Positions 46,068 to 62,673 of a stretch of 64,000 bases of DNA are shown one piece after another; the stretch's first letter is position 1; the number at the start of each line of letters is the position of its first letter. The stretch is from the human T2T-CHM13v2.0 reference genome, Homo sapiens. The position numbers were made by a program, and so were the translations under genes. Where the stretch lies: NCBI RefSeq assembly GCF_009914755.1, contig NC_060941.1; one strand, 5' to 3'. The notes under the pieces were generated by a model. The model was not told the origin of the DNA and made no database searches. It saw only the letters and a program-made list of their open reading frames with translations.

Positions 46068-46531
46068 TGACAAAGCAGGAGCATTGCCATCTTGGACAAG
46101 CACTGTCATTTTTTAAAGTTCACTGTGACCAAAAGCTGCCTAAATCCAAAGGGCATCAGCCTAATGGCTAAGGTTGGCATGACCATAAACCACAAATAAC
46201 ATCTCTGACCAGAAACATTCCAAACACCTCCCTGACCAGAGACATGCCAGCCCCAAGATAACCTCCCCTCCAGCTGGAGAGATGTCACCCTCAAGATAAC
46301 CTCCCCTCCGACCAGAGACATTCCAACCCCACTTCTCCCCCAACTTTTCCCCGACACAGAAACATTCCAAGCCTGTGATAAGCTCTCTCACCAATAAATA
46401 TTCTTTGTCCATAAGAGAGAGAGCTCCTGACCAAAATCGGCCAGAAGCCCCTCTCAGGTTTATTCTCCAAAATAAACCTTTGACTGTTGAGCTGCTTTTT
46501 GTGTTTCTTTCCTCATTCTTTAACTCTTACA
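46068..46531 (+). mobile_element. ERV1 solo LTR (LTR19-like)
   Basis: TG...CA ends, internal tandem subrepeats, AATAAA, 5-bp TSD actag. Confidence 0.8.
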
Positions 46532-46589
46532 ACTAGTCCTTCATTACTGTTGGAACTGCACGTTTATTGTAGTATTTTGTTTTGCTGAT

Positions 46590-46900
46590 TTTCTCAGTAT
46601 TTACTCAGCACCTACAGGGGGCCAGAGATCATTCTAGGTACTAGAGAGACAGCCTTCAGAGAAATGGTCCCAGAAGTTCCAGGGAGCTGGGCTGGACAGT
46701 GCTGGGCACCTTCCTTTCAAAGGAAAAGGTGAGGGCTGCACAGGGTGAGGGCTGGGGCAGACTGCAATAAGCAAAGCAGTGCCTGCCCTTTGGGAGCCCA
46801 TTTTCTTGTAGGGGAGACAGAGCAGACAAAATCAATGGAGACAGAATTTCATGTCAGGTGGTACTAAGTGCCATGAAGAAAAATACTGCAGAGCTGGAAG
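46590..46900 (-). mobile_element. L2 fragment carrying a templated insertion
   Basis: atttactcagcacctac...ttctaggtactagagagacagc / gcctgccctttgggagcccattttcttgtaggggagacag. Confidence 0.7.
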
Positions 46901-47132
46901 ACAGCTCCACGGAGAGCAACCTTCCATGAGTTGGTCAGCAGAGCTTCACACAGGAGGTGACTGGGTGGAGCATCTGTCATGCCCACTAGACTGTGAGCTG
47001 TGGTTAAGGAATGCCTGTGTACGTTCCCTTCATTACCTTACAAATCTCCAGCACCAAAGTGAATGCTTAGCACACAACAGGATAAATGGGCAGATGAAAC
47101 GACATTGCCCTCAAGGATCCTGGTGACCATGC

Positions 47133-47787
47133 TGTAACCACCCAGGGGTTACAAAGAAAGACCTGCTGTACAAAGAAAGACCAAAGCATTGGAGTAAGAA
47201 AGAGTTTAATAGACACGAGGCTGGCCATACCACTTGGGAGACAGAGTTAGTACTCAAATCAATCGCATCCAAAGCTCCTAGGTTATGCGTTTTTTTCAAA
47301 GGCAGTTTGGGTGAAGGGGTGGGGGTGGCTAGGCTTGCTGCTCATTGGTTGGGGCAGAGATGAAATCATAGAGAGTCAAGGCTGTCCTCTTAAGCTGAGT
47401 TGCTCCCTGGTGGGGGCCACAGGAGCTATCAGGTCCAGGTGGAGCTATGGGTTTCAGACATGCAAAAAACCTGAAAAGATATCTCAAAGGGCCAATCTGC
47501 AATAGTGGTGTTATCTGCAGGAATGGCTGGCAACCTATGTATACACTTTAGCAGAATTCAGATTCTTCTTCTCCAGCCTGACGGCCTTTCAATAGCCTCA
47601 CAAGGCAGTTGAGTTTCGGAGAAGGGCTATTATCATTTAAACTATAACCTAAATGTCTTCTGAAGTTAGCTCAGCCCAAAAGCCCAGGAGTAGTTAAGGA
47701 AAAGGCAAGATAGTGAGGTGGATTAGATCAGATCTCTTTCACTGCCATAATCTTCTCATTGTTGTCATTTTTGCAAAGGCAGTTTCA
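47133..47787 (-). mobile_element. LTR8-family solo LTR
   Basis: tgtaacc...ttttgcaaaggcagtttca; imperfect TSD atgc/atgg. Confidence 0.8.
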
Positions 47788-47852
47788 ATGGCACAGGGCA
47801 CCAGGCAGACTGGAAGAGCCCCAGAGGCAGAGGGTAGCCTCCCAGAAGCTGA

Positions 47853-48393
<541 letters not shown>

Positions 48394-48749
48394 AACTTCT
48401 TGGCTTTTAGATCACATTTAACAAACGACTTCCCCCAGGCCACCCTTCTCTGCTCACCACCCTCTCACAATGGCCTGGAGTTCACTCTCTTAGCCAGTGG
48501 CTCTGTCTGACTCAAGAAAATGCCTTAATCCTACCTGGGGTGACCCCAGAGTCCATGACAGTTAACAGCCCTTTACCCTTCCACGGCACTCATCTTTCTT
48601 TCCAACGTGTCACTCATATACAGTGTTGTCACTCATCTACCAAGTGGAGGTTAATGACCTTTAAAAACCCGTGCATTACATACAATAGAACATTATTCAA
48701 CCTTAAAAAGGAAGGAAATTCTGAAACATGCTACAACATGGATGAACCT

Positions 48750-49512
<763 letters not shown>

Positions 49513-49734
49513 ACCTTGAGGACATTATGCTAAGTGAAATGAGCCAGACACAAAAGAACAAATACTGTCTGATCCACTTATGTGAGGCTCCTAGAGTAGT
49601 CAATTCATAGAGGCAGAAAGTAGAATGCTGGTTTCCAGGGGGCTGGGAAGGTGAAAATGAAGTTGGTGTCTCATGGAGGTAGAGTTTCAGTTTGGGAAGA
49701 TAAAAAAGTTCGGGAGCCAGATAGTGCTGATGGT

Positions 49735-50026
49735 TGTAGGCCCATTCCAGTGGGATGTGGCACTCCTTTTAGAGGACACTTTTGGCTCATGGGCCTCCCT
49801 TCAGCCTGACCTAATGTTCTTAGAAATCTGCTGTGATTGGCGGCTCTTCTTCCCAGGCCTCCTTCCTTCCCCCTCTCCTTTCACGGGTGTCAGACCTGCA
49901 CGGCAGTCTGCCAGCTCCTGCTCCCTCCCCTTGGTCCTTCTCAGGTCTTTCTCCCAGTCAATCTCATCTCATGCAGGTCTAATCCCTTCTTGGAATCTGC
50001 TTCTCAGAGGACCTGGGCTGATAACA
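49735..50026 (+). mobile_element. LTR16-like ERVL LTR
   Basis: 3' end tctgcttctcagaggacctgggctgataaca. Confidence 0.5.
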
Positions 50027-50434
50027 TCACCACATAGGCCAAAAGAGCAACATGCCCAATAAATGCACTGCAAGGCAACAAGCACATTTAGAACCAGCAC
50101 TATGCATTCGGAAGCACAGCAACAAACACCTTCGAATTTGTCAGGGCTTACAGTTGACAGCCCATATTAGTCATTCAATACATGTGTAATAAGCTCCTGC
50201 TGATGGTGAACACATGCACAGCTTGCACTTCTGAGGCAGGCAGGCAGGCCTTCTCATCCACATTCTGCACACGAGTAAACCGTAGGAGGTTATTCTAGGA
50301 CACACTTTGGGTATAATGAATCTTAATGATGTTAAAAAGTAATAGGCAACATCATTTAGCATTTACGACATGCCAGGTACCATTTCTATACTTTTTTTTT
50401 TTTATGTGCGTGTTGCTTATTTAAAAAAAATCCT

Positions 50435-50706
50435 GGCCAGGTGCAGCGGCTCACGCCTGTAATACTAGCACTTTGAGAGGCTGAGGCAGGCAGATCACTT
50501 GAGGTCAGGAGCTCAAGACCAGCCTGGGCAACATGGCAAGACCCCGTGTCTACTAAAAATACCAAATTAGCTGGGAGTGGCGGCGATGCCTGTAATCCCA
50601 GCTACTTGGGTGGCTGAGGTTGCAGTGAGCCGAGATCGTGCCACTGCACTCCAGCCTGAGCTGGGCAACAGAGCGAGACCCTATCTAAAAAAAAAAAAAA
50701 AAAAAA
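50435..50706 (+). mobile_element. Alu with right-arm deletion
   Basis: TSD aaaaaaaatcct. Confidence 0.93.
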
Positions 50707-51908
50707 TCCTTAAACAGCCCCATATTTTAGGGAATGACGAGGAGCCATGAGCAGAGGTGTGCACTGAGAGTCACTTCGTGCCTCGTGTTCTATAGGAGCT
50801 GACCCAGAGGAGGAAATGGGGGGGTTACAGCATACCTGGCCCTCCAGGCTCACCTTGCAGGAGGAGAGCCTGCAGCTGAGAAGCTCCATGGTAGGATGGA
50901 TTACCTTTAAAGTTTCCTGGGGCCATCTCTGGTTACACAGCAGGGACAAGACAGGACAATGGGTGATAAAGTGCACAGGCTCAGATTCCTAATAAAAAAA
51001 AGACTATGCGGTAATGTGCTCATCAGCCACGCTGAGGCCAACTGCAATTGAGGATTTATAAGAAAAAACGATGTGTGATTTACAAAGAAATGATTTTTAT
51101 CTTTTACATGTCAAACGATCAAGGAAAATGCAACGTCTCACATCATGCTGATTTCAAAAATAATGCAACAAACCAGTGATAGGCAAAAGAAATGGAGATG
51201 GTGTTAAAGACTTGGGGTGGGGAAGGAAGGGCAAGGCACAGAGGCTGCCCTCCCTCTTCTCTCCAAGAGGGGAGCCTCTTTCCACCACCAACCCTCCTTT
51301 TCCTGCAGAGGGTGTGGCTTTCTTCCAACTCAACCTGTCACTTCTGCTGCCTCCCTTCCATCATTGAAACAAGAAATCCAGACACTCCTCATTCTTCTAA
51401 CCTGGTGATATCCCTGGGGCTCTCCCTCCTTCCCAGAGTCCTTTCCAGGCCTGGACAACAGGAGAGGCTGGCCCAACAATCCTCTGCTACAGGACTAATC
51501 TTCAGGAGGGCTGAGCAATGCCCTCCACCCCAGGAAGGGCAGTCTTTGGGGTTCCCATCTTCACGCTACAATTGTGCCTTCCTCTTCATACCTGAGCACT
51601 CTGTGCCACTGCTGGCACGTCCAACCTGTTCAAGGCCTTTGAGACTGTCCAGCCCACCAGTGACTCCAAGTTTAGCACAGTGGCGCACATCTGCACCCTT
51701 TATTTATCTCGATGTTTTATATGCATAACTCCACTTCCTCTACCAAGTCACTAAACTACTGGGGGTTGGGGCCCATGGGCCTGCCTTGGGCATCTTCTAT
51801 CTCTCCGTTAATCCGGCAGCCACATAGTGAGTGCTCAGGCCCATGAGCAGAATAACTGACCCTGCTTAAGAAAATGCTATCTGTCTCCCACCTGGCAGGA
51901 AGGAGTCA

Positions 51909-52452
<544 letters not shown>

Positions 52453-52603
52453 AGAAATGCACAGATATTCTTTGATCTGGAAGAGTTGGTTAGACAGGCT
52501 ATGCCTTGACACAAATGAATTGTCCTGAAATTGACTTCCAGAGAGGCATGGTTTAGCCACAGCCTGGTTCACCACTCTGAAATGTATCTTCTATAGACAG
52601 GGG

Positions 52604-52966
52604 TGACATGGTTTGGCTGTGTCCCCACCCAAATCTCATCTTGAATTGTAGTTCCCATAATTCCCATGTGTTGTGGGAGCGACCTGGTGGAAGATAATTG
52701 AGTCATGGGGGTGGCTTCCCCCATCCAGTTCTCATGGTAGTGAATAAGTATCATGAGAGCTGATGGTTTTATAAGGGGAAACCCCTTTTTCTTGGTTCTC
52801 ATTCTTCTCCTTACTGTCACCCTGTAAGATGTGCCTTTCACCTTCTGCCATGATTGTGAGGCCTCCCCAGCCACATGGAATTGTGAGTCCATTAAACCAC
52901 TTTTTCTTTATGAATTACCCAGTCTCAGGTATGTCTTTATCAGCAGCTTGAAAACAGACTAATACA
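52604..52966 (+). mobile_element. THE1 (THE1C-like) MaLR solo LTR
   Basis: tgacatggtttggctgtgtccccacccaaatctc...gactaataca. Confidence 0.92.
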
Positions 52967-52976
52967 GGGGAGACCA

Positions 52977-52980
<4 letters not shown>

Positions 52981-53022
<42 letters not shown>
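52981..53022. repeat. (AC)n microsatellite
   Basis: About 21 uninterrupted units. Confidence 0.97.
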
Positions 53023-53027
<5 letters not shown>

Positions 53028-55664
53028 ATAAAGGATATCAGTGTCATTGCAGTGCTTCCAAAAGCATAGGTTGGTATCAGGCTGACTATAGCTCTTGACC
53101 ATTTCTATGACCATTAAAATACAACATAAATAACTTGATCTTCACTGACCTGTAGACCTAGAAAAAAATATTCAGGCTTAGCCACAGACAAGGAGGAACA
53201 GGGGCTGAAGCGCGAAACACCAACCATCTGCAGAGTTCCTGAACTGGTGGGAGCAGCCTGTCCCACAGATGAGCCTGGACTGGGAAGCATCTATGTTTCC
53301 TCTTACACCAAAGAGCAAGACATGGCATTAACGAAGCCAGACGTGCTAATGGGGGCAACTTTGAAGCCTAAAGCTGCTTGGGCTTCCAATTAACTGCCCT
53401 GGGCCTCCGTGTCTCTCTGTTTGCAAAATGGCACTGAATCACTCCTGATTTCTCCAGATAAGTAGCTGTGCTTACACTGGTGATGTGGTCCATGGAAATG
53501 TACGTGAATAATGGTGTGCTGGTATAATGGACAGCTGGAACCAGAAGCAGGGAGGAAGGCAGGGAGCAGACAGGCTCATGGCCCTTGCAGGGACTCAAGG
53601 TGTGTCTAATGGGACAGTGACCACCAAACTCTCTATCTTCTGGCTGCACTGATTTATGTCTTGCTCCTGAGAAATTAATGGCTTGGGAGGGTTTGTGGCA
53701 GCTCACCTTGCCTCCCTAGAAGGGTTTGGTGACAACTTTGGGAAGTAAATGCACTAGTTTCCAAGCAACCAAATAACAGGTCTTCAGTTACAAACCCGCG
53801 CTTCATTTTACAAAACAGTAGCTCCAGAGCAGCATGTAATTAAACTGGCGAAGGCTTCACCTCCCTGGAATAACCTGAGCCCAACAGGACCCTGCTAACA
53901 CCACTGTTCACCAAATAAAGGTAAACAGACTCGTCTGAAGTCATGCCTGGAGGGGGACTCTGATCTTGCATTAATTGGGCATGTCAGTTGGCCTTAAGAA
54001 TTCAATCAGCCGGGCAGCGACCCAATCTACTGCTGACAAATGGGCCCCATTTGCTATTCAAAAAATTAAAAAACTTATTTGAAGAGGAAATAGTGGCTTC
54101 TAGTTAGAGCACCTCTCATCTGCCGGGATCTAGCTACATACATTTGCCATTTAGGCTAGATTGCGTTACTCTTCTTTCTAAGTCAAGGTCAAGGATACAT
54201 CCCCTTTAGTCTAGGATGACTTGGAGCGCAGAGAATACCAGCTCCTTATTCCCTTCTCCTTGGCTTCATCTTCTGATTCATGCCTGTCTAACTTTCAGGC
54301 ACCCATTGTCAAGGGAGTAATGGTGTCTGGCTACAAAGAAAATAAAAAAAATAAGCTCGTGGCACCCACTTCACCAGCAGAAACTCTCTGATTTGGAGGG
54401 CTGGCTAATATTGTGAGCACCCATTCCCCCAACACCTGGCCCTTTTCTTTGTTTTGCTCGCTTTCAGCAGCCCCATTTCTAGCCCCAAGACCTCCCACTG
54501 TGACACTCAGCTAACGTATCACCTTCTTCTCTATAACAGCGTCTGTGGTCCCAAGCCTAGAGCACCACTGAGGACCCCCTTGCAGCCCAGTTTCCAGGCT
54601 GCTGAGGTGCCCCACTGGCCACTGTCCTGGGGTCCAACCTTCAGGCTGGCAGCTGCATCAGCATCATCTGTGACCCTCCTCGAAACACACACCTGGATTC
54701 AGAGAAACACAATAGGGACAGGGATGTTGTATTATTTATAACAAGTAGGGCGGGTTGATTCTAGCACTGCCTCCTGGAGGCACTGGGGAGTCAGGTGCAG
54801 GGCACAACTAGACAAGGTGACTGGGCTGCAAGGTAGAGAGTAGAAAGCCGAGCTAACAAATGGTGCAACTCAGTGAGAAGATCTACATGCTCTCCTAAAG
54901 GACTGCATGCTGCGAGACAATCTTGGGGGCGACGTAGCAATCAGATTATTCAGGAGCAGCTGCAGAAAGCCAGGCTACAAGGCACTAGCTAATTTCCATG
55001 GGTGACTCTCAAGCTTCAAGACACAAGAATCACCCAGGGCTATGCTCAAGGCCAGCCTCTGCCATAAGGCATGTTTCCTGCTCTACCTGGAAGGACCAAG
55101 CAGATTCCCTTCTCTGGGGTCCAGCGATTGAAGAACCTACCACAGAGCTGGGCTGGAAATTAGGGATAAGATTTTAGCTCTTACTCTTCTGCTGCTGAGA
55201 ACTTGGCCCCGGCCGGCTTCGTATCTGCACGTATTTCTGAACTATTGCAGATACTCACACAGAACTCCTCCACTGGCTCTTGTTCAGGTCCCTCTACAGC
55301 TCTGAGTTATTTCTGAAAATCTCTTTTCCAAACAGATCCCATAGAGCCTGCCACATGTTCCCTCTCCCTGGATCAGGCTGGTCCAGGAAGAATTGGGGAA
55401 TACAGATGGGCAGACCCCCTGCTTGGGGGAGATGCAATTACAAACAGCAGGCCTGAGACTCTGCTTTCAAGTGCCAGATGGCGGATTGGAGGCGCCACCC
55501 CAGAAGTCTGCTCTGTGCCCACTCCAGACAGATGTTTAGATTCTGCAGGGACTCACAGGTCGTTGCCTCCATTCTTTCCCCATCCCACGACGGCACTCAA
55601 TGCTTCCCAAATGTAAACCATCCAGGATCATGCAGGGCAAGCACTGAACAAAACCAGAAGACAG

Positions 55665-55973
55665 CATTTAAAGTTCTTACAAACAATTTGTTACTCTCCT
55701 AATAAATTGTTTTGCCAAATATTCTATACACTTTCCGGTATTGGCCTTGAATTTTTTGCAATGCTTGACTTTATATTATTATACTTATCTGTGTTATTTT
55801 AGTTTTGCTTTTACTGAAATCTGTATCAAAATGTTGAAATACAAATTATTCTCTATATCAAAATAATTAATTTGTCTTTTAAAATTGCTTTCGTTTCATA
55901 TTGACTATTTTGTTTTTAATTATGTTTGTTTATAAATAAAATACTTTGCATGGAAAAAAAAAAAAAAAAAAAA
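55665..55973 (+). pseudogene. Retroposed AT-rich 3'UTR-like fragment or orphan 3' transduction
   Basis: AATAAA 55935-55940, pure A20 tail 55954-55973, TSD cagaagacag (55655-55664 and 55974-55983). Confidence 0.8.
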
Positions 55974-56676
55974 CAGAAGACAGGCTGTTGGTAATCCGGC
56001 TGCTAGACAGAGGAAGAGAGAGACTAGCGCTTACTGGGACATTTCTAGCGGCATTATATACCCGTGGTCTGGTCTGATTTCATCCTCACAACAGCATTCC
56101 AAGGATCCTATCCACTCCACTTTACAGGTAGAAAAATAGTGGTTTGGAGAGCTGAAGTCACCTGCCAAAAGTAGCAGCTGGTCCACAGTAAATCGAATCC
56201 CCACCCCTCACCAAGTCCCCTCCTGCCTTAACCGGAGCAGTCACTGGGGGCCCTAGCTTTGAAGCTGACTTTCGCAGTTCATGGCTAAATGACCTCTCTC
56301 AACTTCACTTTTTTCATCTCATAAGAGGGGGCCATATGATCTGCCTACCTTCCTGGGGGGCCGTGAGGATTGGCTGAGGTCAAGGGTGGGCCTGCTTCGT
56401 AAACTGCACTGTTATCATTGGGATCTGGGACGGAGCCTGAATAAACGTATTCACACTCGGGCTTTAGTGTTTAATAAGACTTAAAACAACAATAACAAAT
56501 CCCTATCGAACTATGTGCATTTTAAGAGGGGACAAAGCTCTAAACCAAAAAAAGGGCATTATGATCATAGCTTCAGGTCTCATTTAGCCTGCCAGGTCAA
56601 AGGGGACTGGGGCAGGAAGGGAGTTACCTATTTAATAGGAACTCTTCTCAGAAAATTGTAAATCATGCCAGGGAAT

Positions 56677-57138
56677 AGTATACTGGGTTGACCAGTATCC
56701 CCCCAAAATCCATGTCTACTCAAACCTCAGAACATGACCTTATTTGGAAATAAGGTCTTTACAGATGTAAACAGTCAAGATGAGGTCATACTGGATTAGG
56801 GTGGGTCCCCAATCCAATGACGAGTGTCCCTATAAAAAACGAAAACCGAAACCCAGAGACATACAGATACAGAGGGGAGAAGTACATGTGAAGATGGAGG
56901 TGGCATGGGAACGATGCATCTACAAGCTAAGTTACACCAAGAATTATTGGTAACTCTAGGAAACTAGGAGAGGCCAAGAAAGGTCCTCTCTAGAGCCTTC
57001 AGGAGAAGCATGGCCCTGTGGACACCCTGACTTCAGGCTTCTAGATTATTCCAGAACTGTGAGAGAATACATTTCTGTTGTGTTTAAGTCACTGAGTTTG
57101 TGGTACTTTGTTATGGCAGCCCCAGGAAATGAATAAAC
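56677..57138 (+). mobile_element. MLT1B/C MaLR LTR
   Basis: gaccttatttggaaataaggtctttacagatgtaa...ggcagccccaggaaatgaata. Confidence 0.85.
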
Positions 57139-57158
57139 ATAGTAATGGAAGATTCTGA

Positions 57159-57544
<386 letters not shown>

Positions 57545-58501
57545 CATTGTCTCATTTATCCCATGGGGGAAGCAGTATTAGAACCATCATTTCACAGAGA
57601 AGACCACAGAGGCTCAGCTCCGCAGAGGCAGCAGCAGGATTCATGCTCTGATCAGGAGGCCCCGGTCTCAGCCCCTGGACCACACTGCCACGCAGGACTG
57701 CCTCTGCCCTCTCCTGTTCGGCCGGCACAATCAGGGGAGCCAGCTAGTCTAATTCGTGTGGCTTTTTCCTACAGTGAAGGGTTCACCCTTAAGCACTGAT
57801 ATTTTCCTTCATTTTCAAAGAAGTTGTTTTCAAAGGCAATACTCATTTTCCTGCTTCCTTAATTTAATTTCTGTATTGATGACTCAGAAGCATTTCAGAA
57901 ACATTAATTACTGTGTGACAACACAAAATGATGATGGCCTGAGACATCTTGAGCTAGGAGGGGATGTCAGGGCTTTCATTAGAGCCACCACCAGCTGCTC
58001 TGTCCACGGTAGTGGCGTCTCTATGGATGACATATGGTCATTGATTTTATGTCTGATTCACTGTCATCACGGCGTCTGCTTTGCTATCTCTTAGTTGTCC
58101 CTACGCTGAGCAAGACCTTTTCCCTTCCACATTACATTTGGTTTTTCTCCCCTAATCTAATAAAGGTTGGGGAAGTAGATAACCAAATTTCTTAGAATTC
58201 GGCAGAGACTCAGAATAAACAGTATTCTGGACTGTTAAGGAGTTCTTTTATGGATCCAGTCCATGTGCTATAGGGCATTGAGTTTTCTGGTTTCTCTTCT
58301 CCCCTACATCCCTGTCAGCCCAGCTGCATTCACAACACAAGAGCTTTTACCATCCTGCCCTGATCCTGCCGAACTGAAGAACACCCACTTTTTGGGGCAA
58401 GGAATACGTTGGATGAGGCTCCAGCACAAGAAAAAGATTTTCACTTAGTGTCCACCTGTGTTTTCTCCAGTTGGCAGGATGGCCTCATTAAGGGCATTTG
58501 G

Positions 58502-59372
<871 letters not shown>

Positions 59373-59860
59373 GTTGGTCAAGCATTGACCATCCCCTTGG
59401 TCAGTGTACTCAAGGATCACCAAGTAGCCAACGCAAAGATGAACTAAGCCCTTCTTTTTCTATTTCAACTCAGGCAGTCTGTGGACTAAGCATGCTGGGA
59501 AGAGCTGATTAAGAGTTCCAAGTGGGCCAGCACTGCCCAGAGAAAGCAGTGAGGAGAAACTGAGCTAGCTGAAGGGCAAGAGCTGGATCAACAAGGCCTT
59601 CTCTGAAAACACTTCCCAAGGGAGAGCTGGTGTAAACACCCTGGCCTCTCTTCTTGGTTTGGGGGCTGATTTTCATGTCTCTGGGCTGATCATAACTACA
59701 TGGAGGGGAAATACATCTTTCCTGAGGGGCCCAGAAGCACTCGTCAATGTCAATGTTGATTTCAGAGCTGATAGTCGGGATGAAAGAGGCAGTAGTCAAT
59801 GTGAGGGTATTAATTCCACGTCTACTACGTGCACCGCACAGTGCTAAGGGCCCTGAAGAT

Positions 59861-59881
59861 GGGGGGGGGGGGGGGTGGGGG
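59861..59881 (+). repeat. Poly-G tract
   Basis: G15-T-G5. Confidence 0.9.
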
Positions 59882-60049
59882 CACAACTGTGTGTCTGCTT
59901 TGTTATCTTGAACTTGCTCTGTGTCAGAGCAATTCCGGGACTTGACAAGTTCATCATTCCATGTAGACCATAACTGCTCTTTCGCTTTGCTCTCCACTCT
60001 CTATTAGGTCAGCATTCATTTTCTTTTCTTTAAAATATTTCCCAAATCA

Positions 60050-60367
<318 letters not shown>

Positions 60368-60495
60368 TTATTTCTTTACAGTCCACACTCATCATCTCAG
60401 CCTGAGCTCTAATCCCCAAACTGTCTGGCACCTTCGGTCTCTCTCCTCTTTCCTGGGCTTCACTTATTTTACCATCACTAAAGTGAACATTTTAA

Positions 60496-61064
<569 letters not shown>

Positions 61065-61274
61065 TTATTTTGTTTCTAATACAAGCTCGTGTTGGGGTGA
61101 GGAAGGGCAGAGGAATGGCTATTACTAACATTCTTGAAAAAGAGCAGATGCAAGACGCTTTAATTTTTAAATAACAGACTCTCGGTACATTTCATCCTGA
61201 GAAAATACTTCACTTTCCATCCATCACCATCCAAAAAAAAAAAAAAATTCTATTTATAAAAGGACTCCTCTGCA

Positions 61275-61780
61275 CTGTAGTGGGTTGAACTGTACCTCCC
61301 TGCTTCCTGCCTCTCTCTATATATACATATACATACATATATTCAAGTCCCAATCCCCTGTACCTGTGAATATGACCTTGTTTGGAAAAGGGCGCCTGGC
61401 AGATATAATTAAGGTAAGGATCTTGAGGTGAGATCATCCTGCATCAGGATGGACCTTAAATCCAATGATAAGTCCTTCTAAGAGGAAAAGAAGGGGAAGC
61501 AGACATAGAGACACCCAGAGGAGAAGACAATCTCAGGACAGAGGCAGAGACTGGAGTGATGCAGCTATGAGCCAAGAACACCAAGACTTGCTGCACCCCC
61601 AGAAGCTGGGAGGGGGCATGGAAAGGATTCTCCCTCCACTGAGAGTCTCCAGAAGGAACCAACCCTGCAGGCAGCTTGCTCCGGGGTCTTTCACCTCCAG
61701 AACTGTGAGACAATGCATCTCTGTTGTTTTAAGCCACCCAGTTTGCAGTACTGTGTTACAGGAGCTGCGGGAAACTGATT
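61275..61780 (+). mobile_element. MLT1B/C MaLR LTR
   Basis: tgtagtgggttgaac...tacctgtgaatatgaccttg...ttaagccacccagtttg. Confidence 0.85.
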
Positions 61781-61825
61781 CACTAGCCAAGTCCCTTGGC
61801 ACACACTTTCTAGGGACAGACTCTG

Positions 61826-62383
<558 letters not shown>

Positions 62384-62384
<1 letters not shown>

Positions 62385-62539
62385 GAAAGCAGATTTTCAC
62401 CAGAAAGCAGACGATTCTCACCAGAAAGCAGATGATTCTCACCAGAAAGCAGATTCTCACCAGAAAGCAGATGATTCTCACCAGAAAGCAGATTCTCACC
62501 AGAAAGCAGATGATTCTCACCAGAAAGCAGATTCTCACC
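62384..62539. repeat. Minisatellite, 8 units of agaaagcaga(tga)ttctcacc
   Basis: Unit lengths 18,21,21,18,21,18,21,18. Confidence 0.95.
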
Positions 62540-62673
62540 AGACACTGAATCTGAATCTGCTGGCACCTTGACCTTGGAGTTTCCAGCCTCTAGAACTGTG
62601 AGAAATAAATGTCTATTGTCTAGAGCCACCCAGTATATGGCACTTTGTTATAGAAGCTGTAACAGACTGAGAC
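62540..62673 (+). mobile_element. MLT1A 3' fragment
   Basis: agacactgaatctg...ccagcctctagaactgtgagaaataaatg...gactgagaca. Confidence 0.85.

Noticed and set aside
44212-47787. Two LTR8-family LTRs as the ends of one provirus
   Set aside because: They are in opposite orientation with separate TSDs and no gag/pol/env between them
55472-55500. CTCF-like ccagatggcg motif
   Set aside because: Only a partial match, too weak without ChIP data
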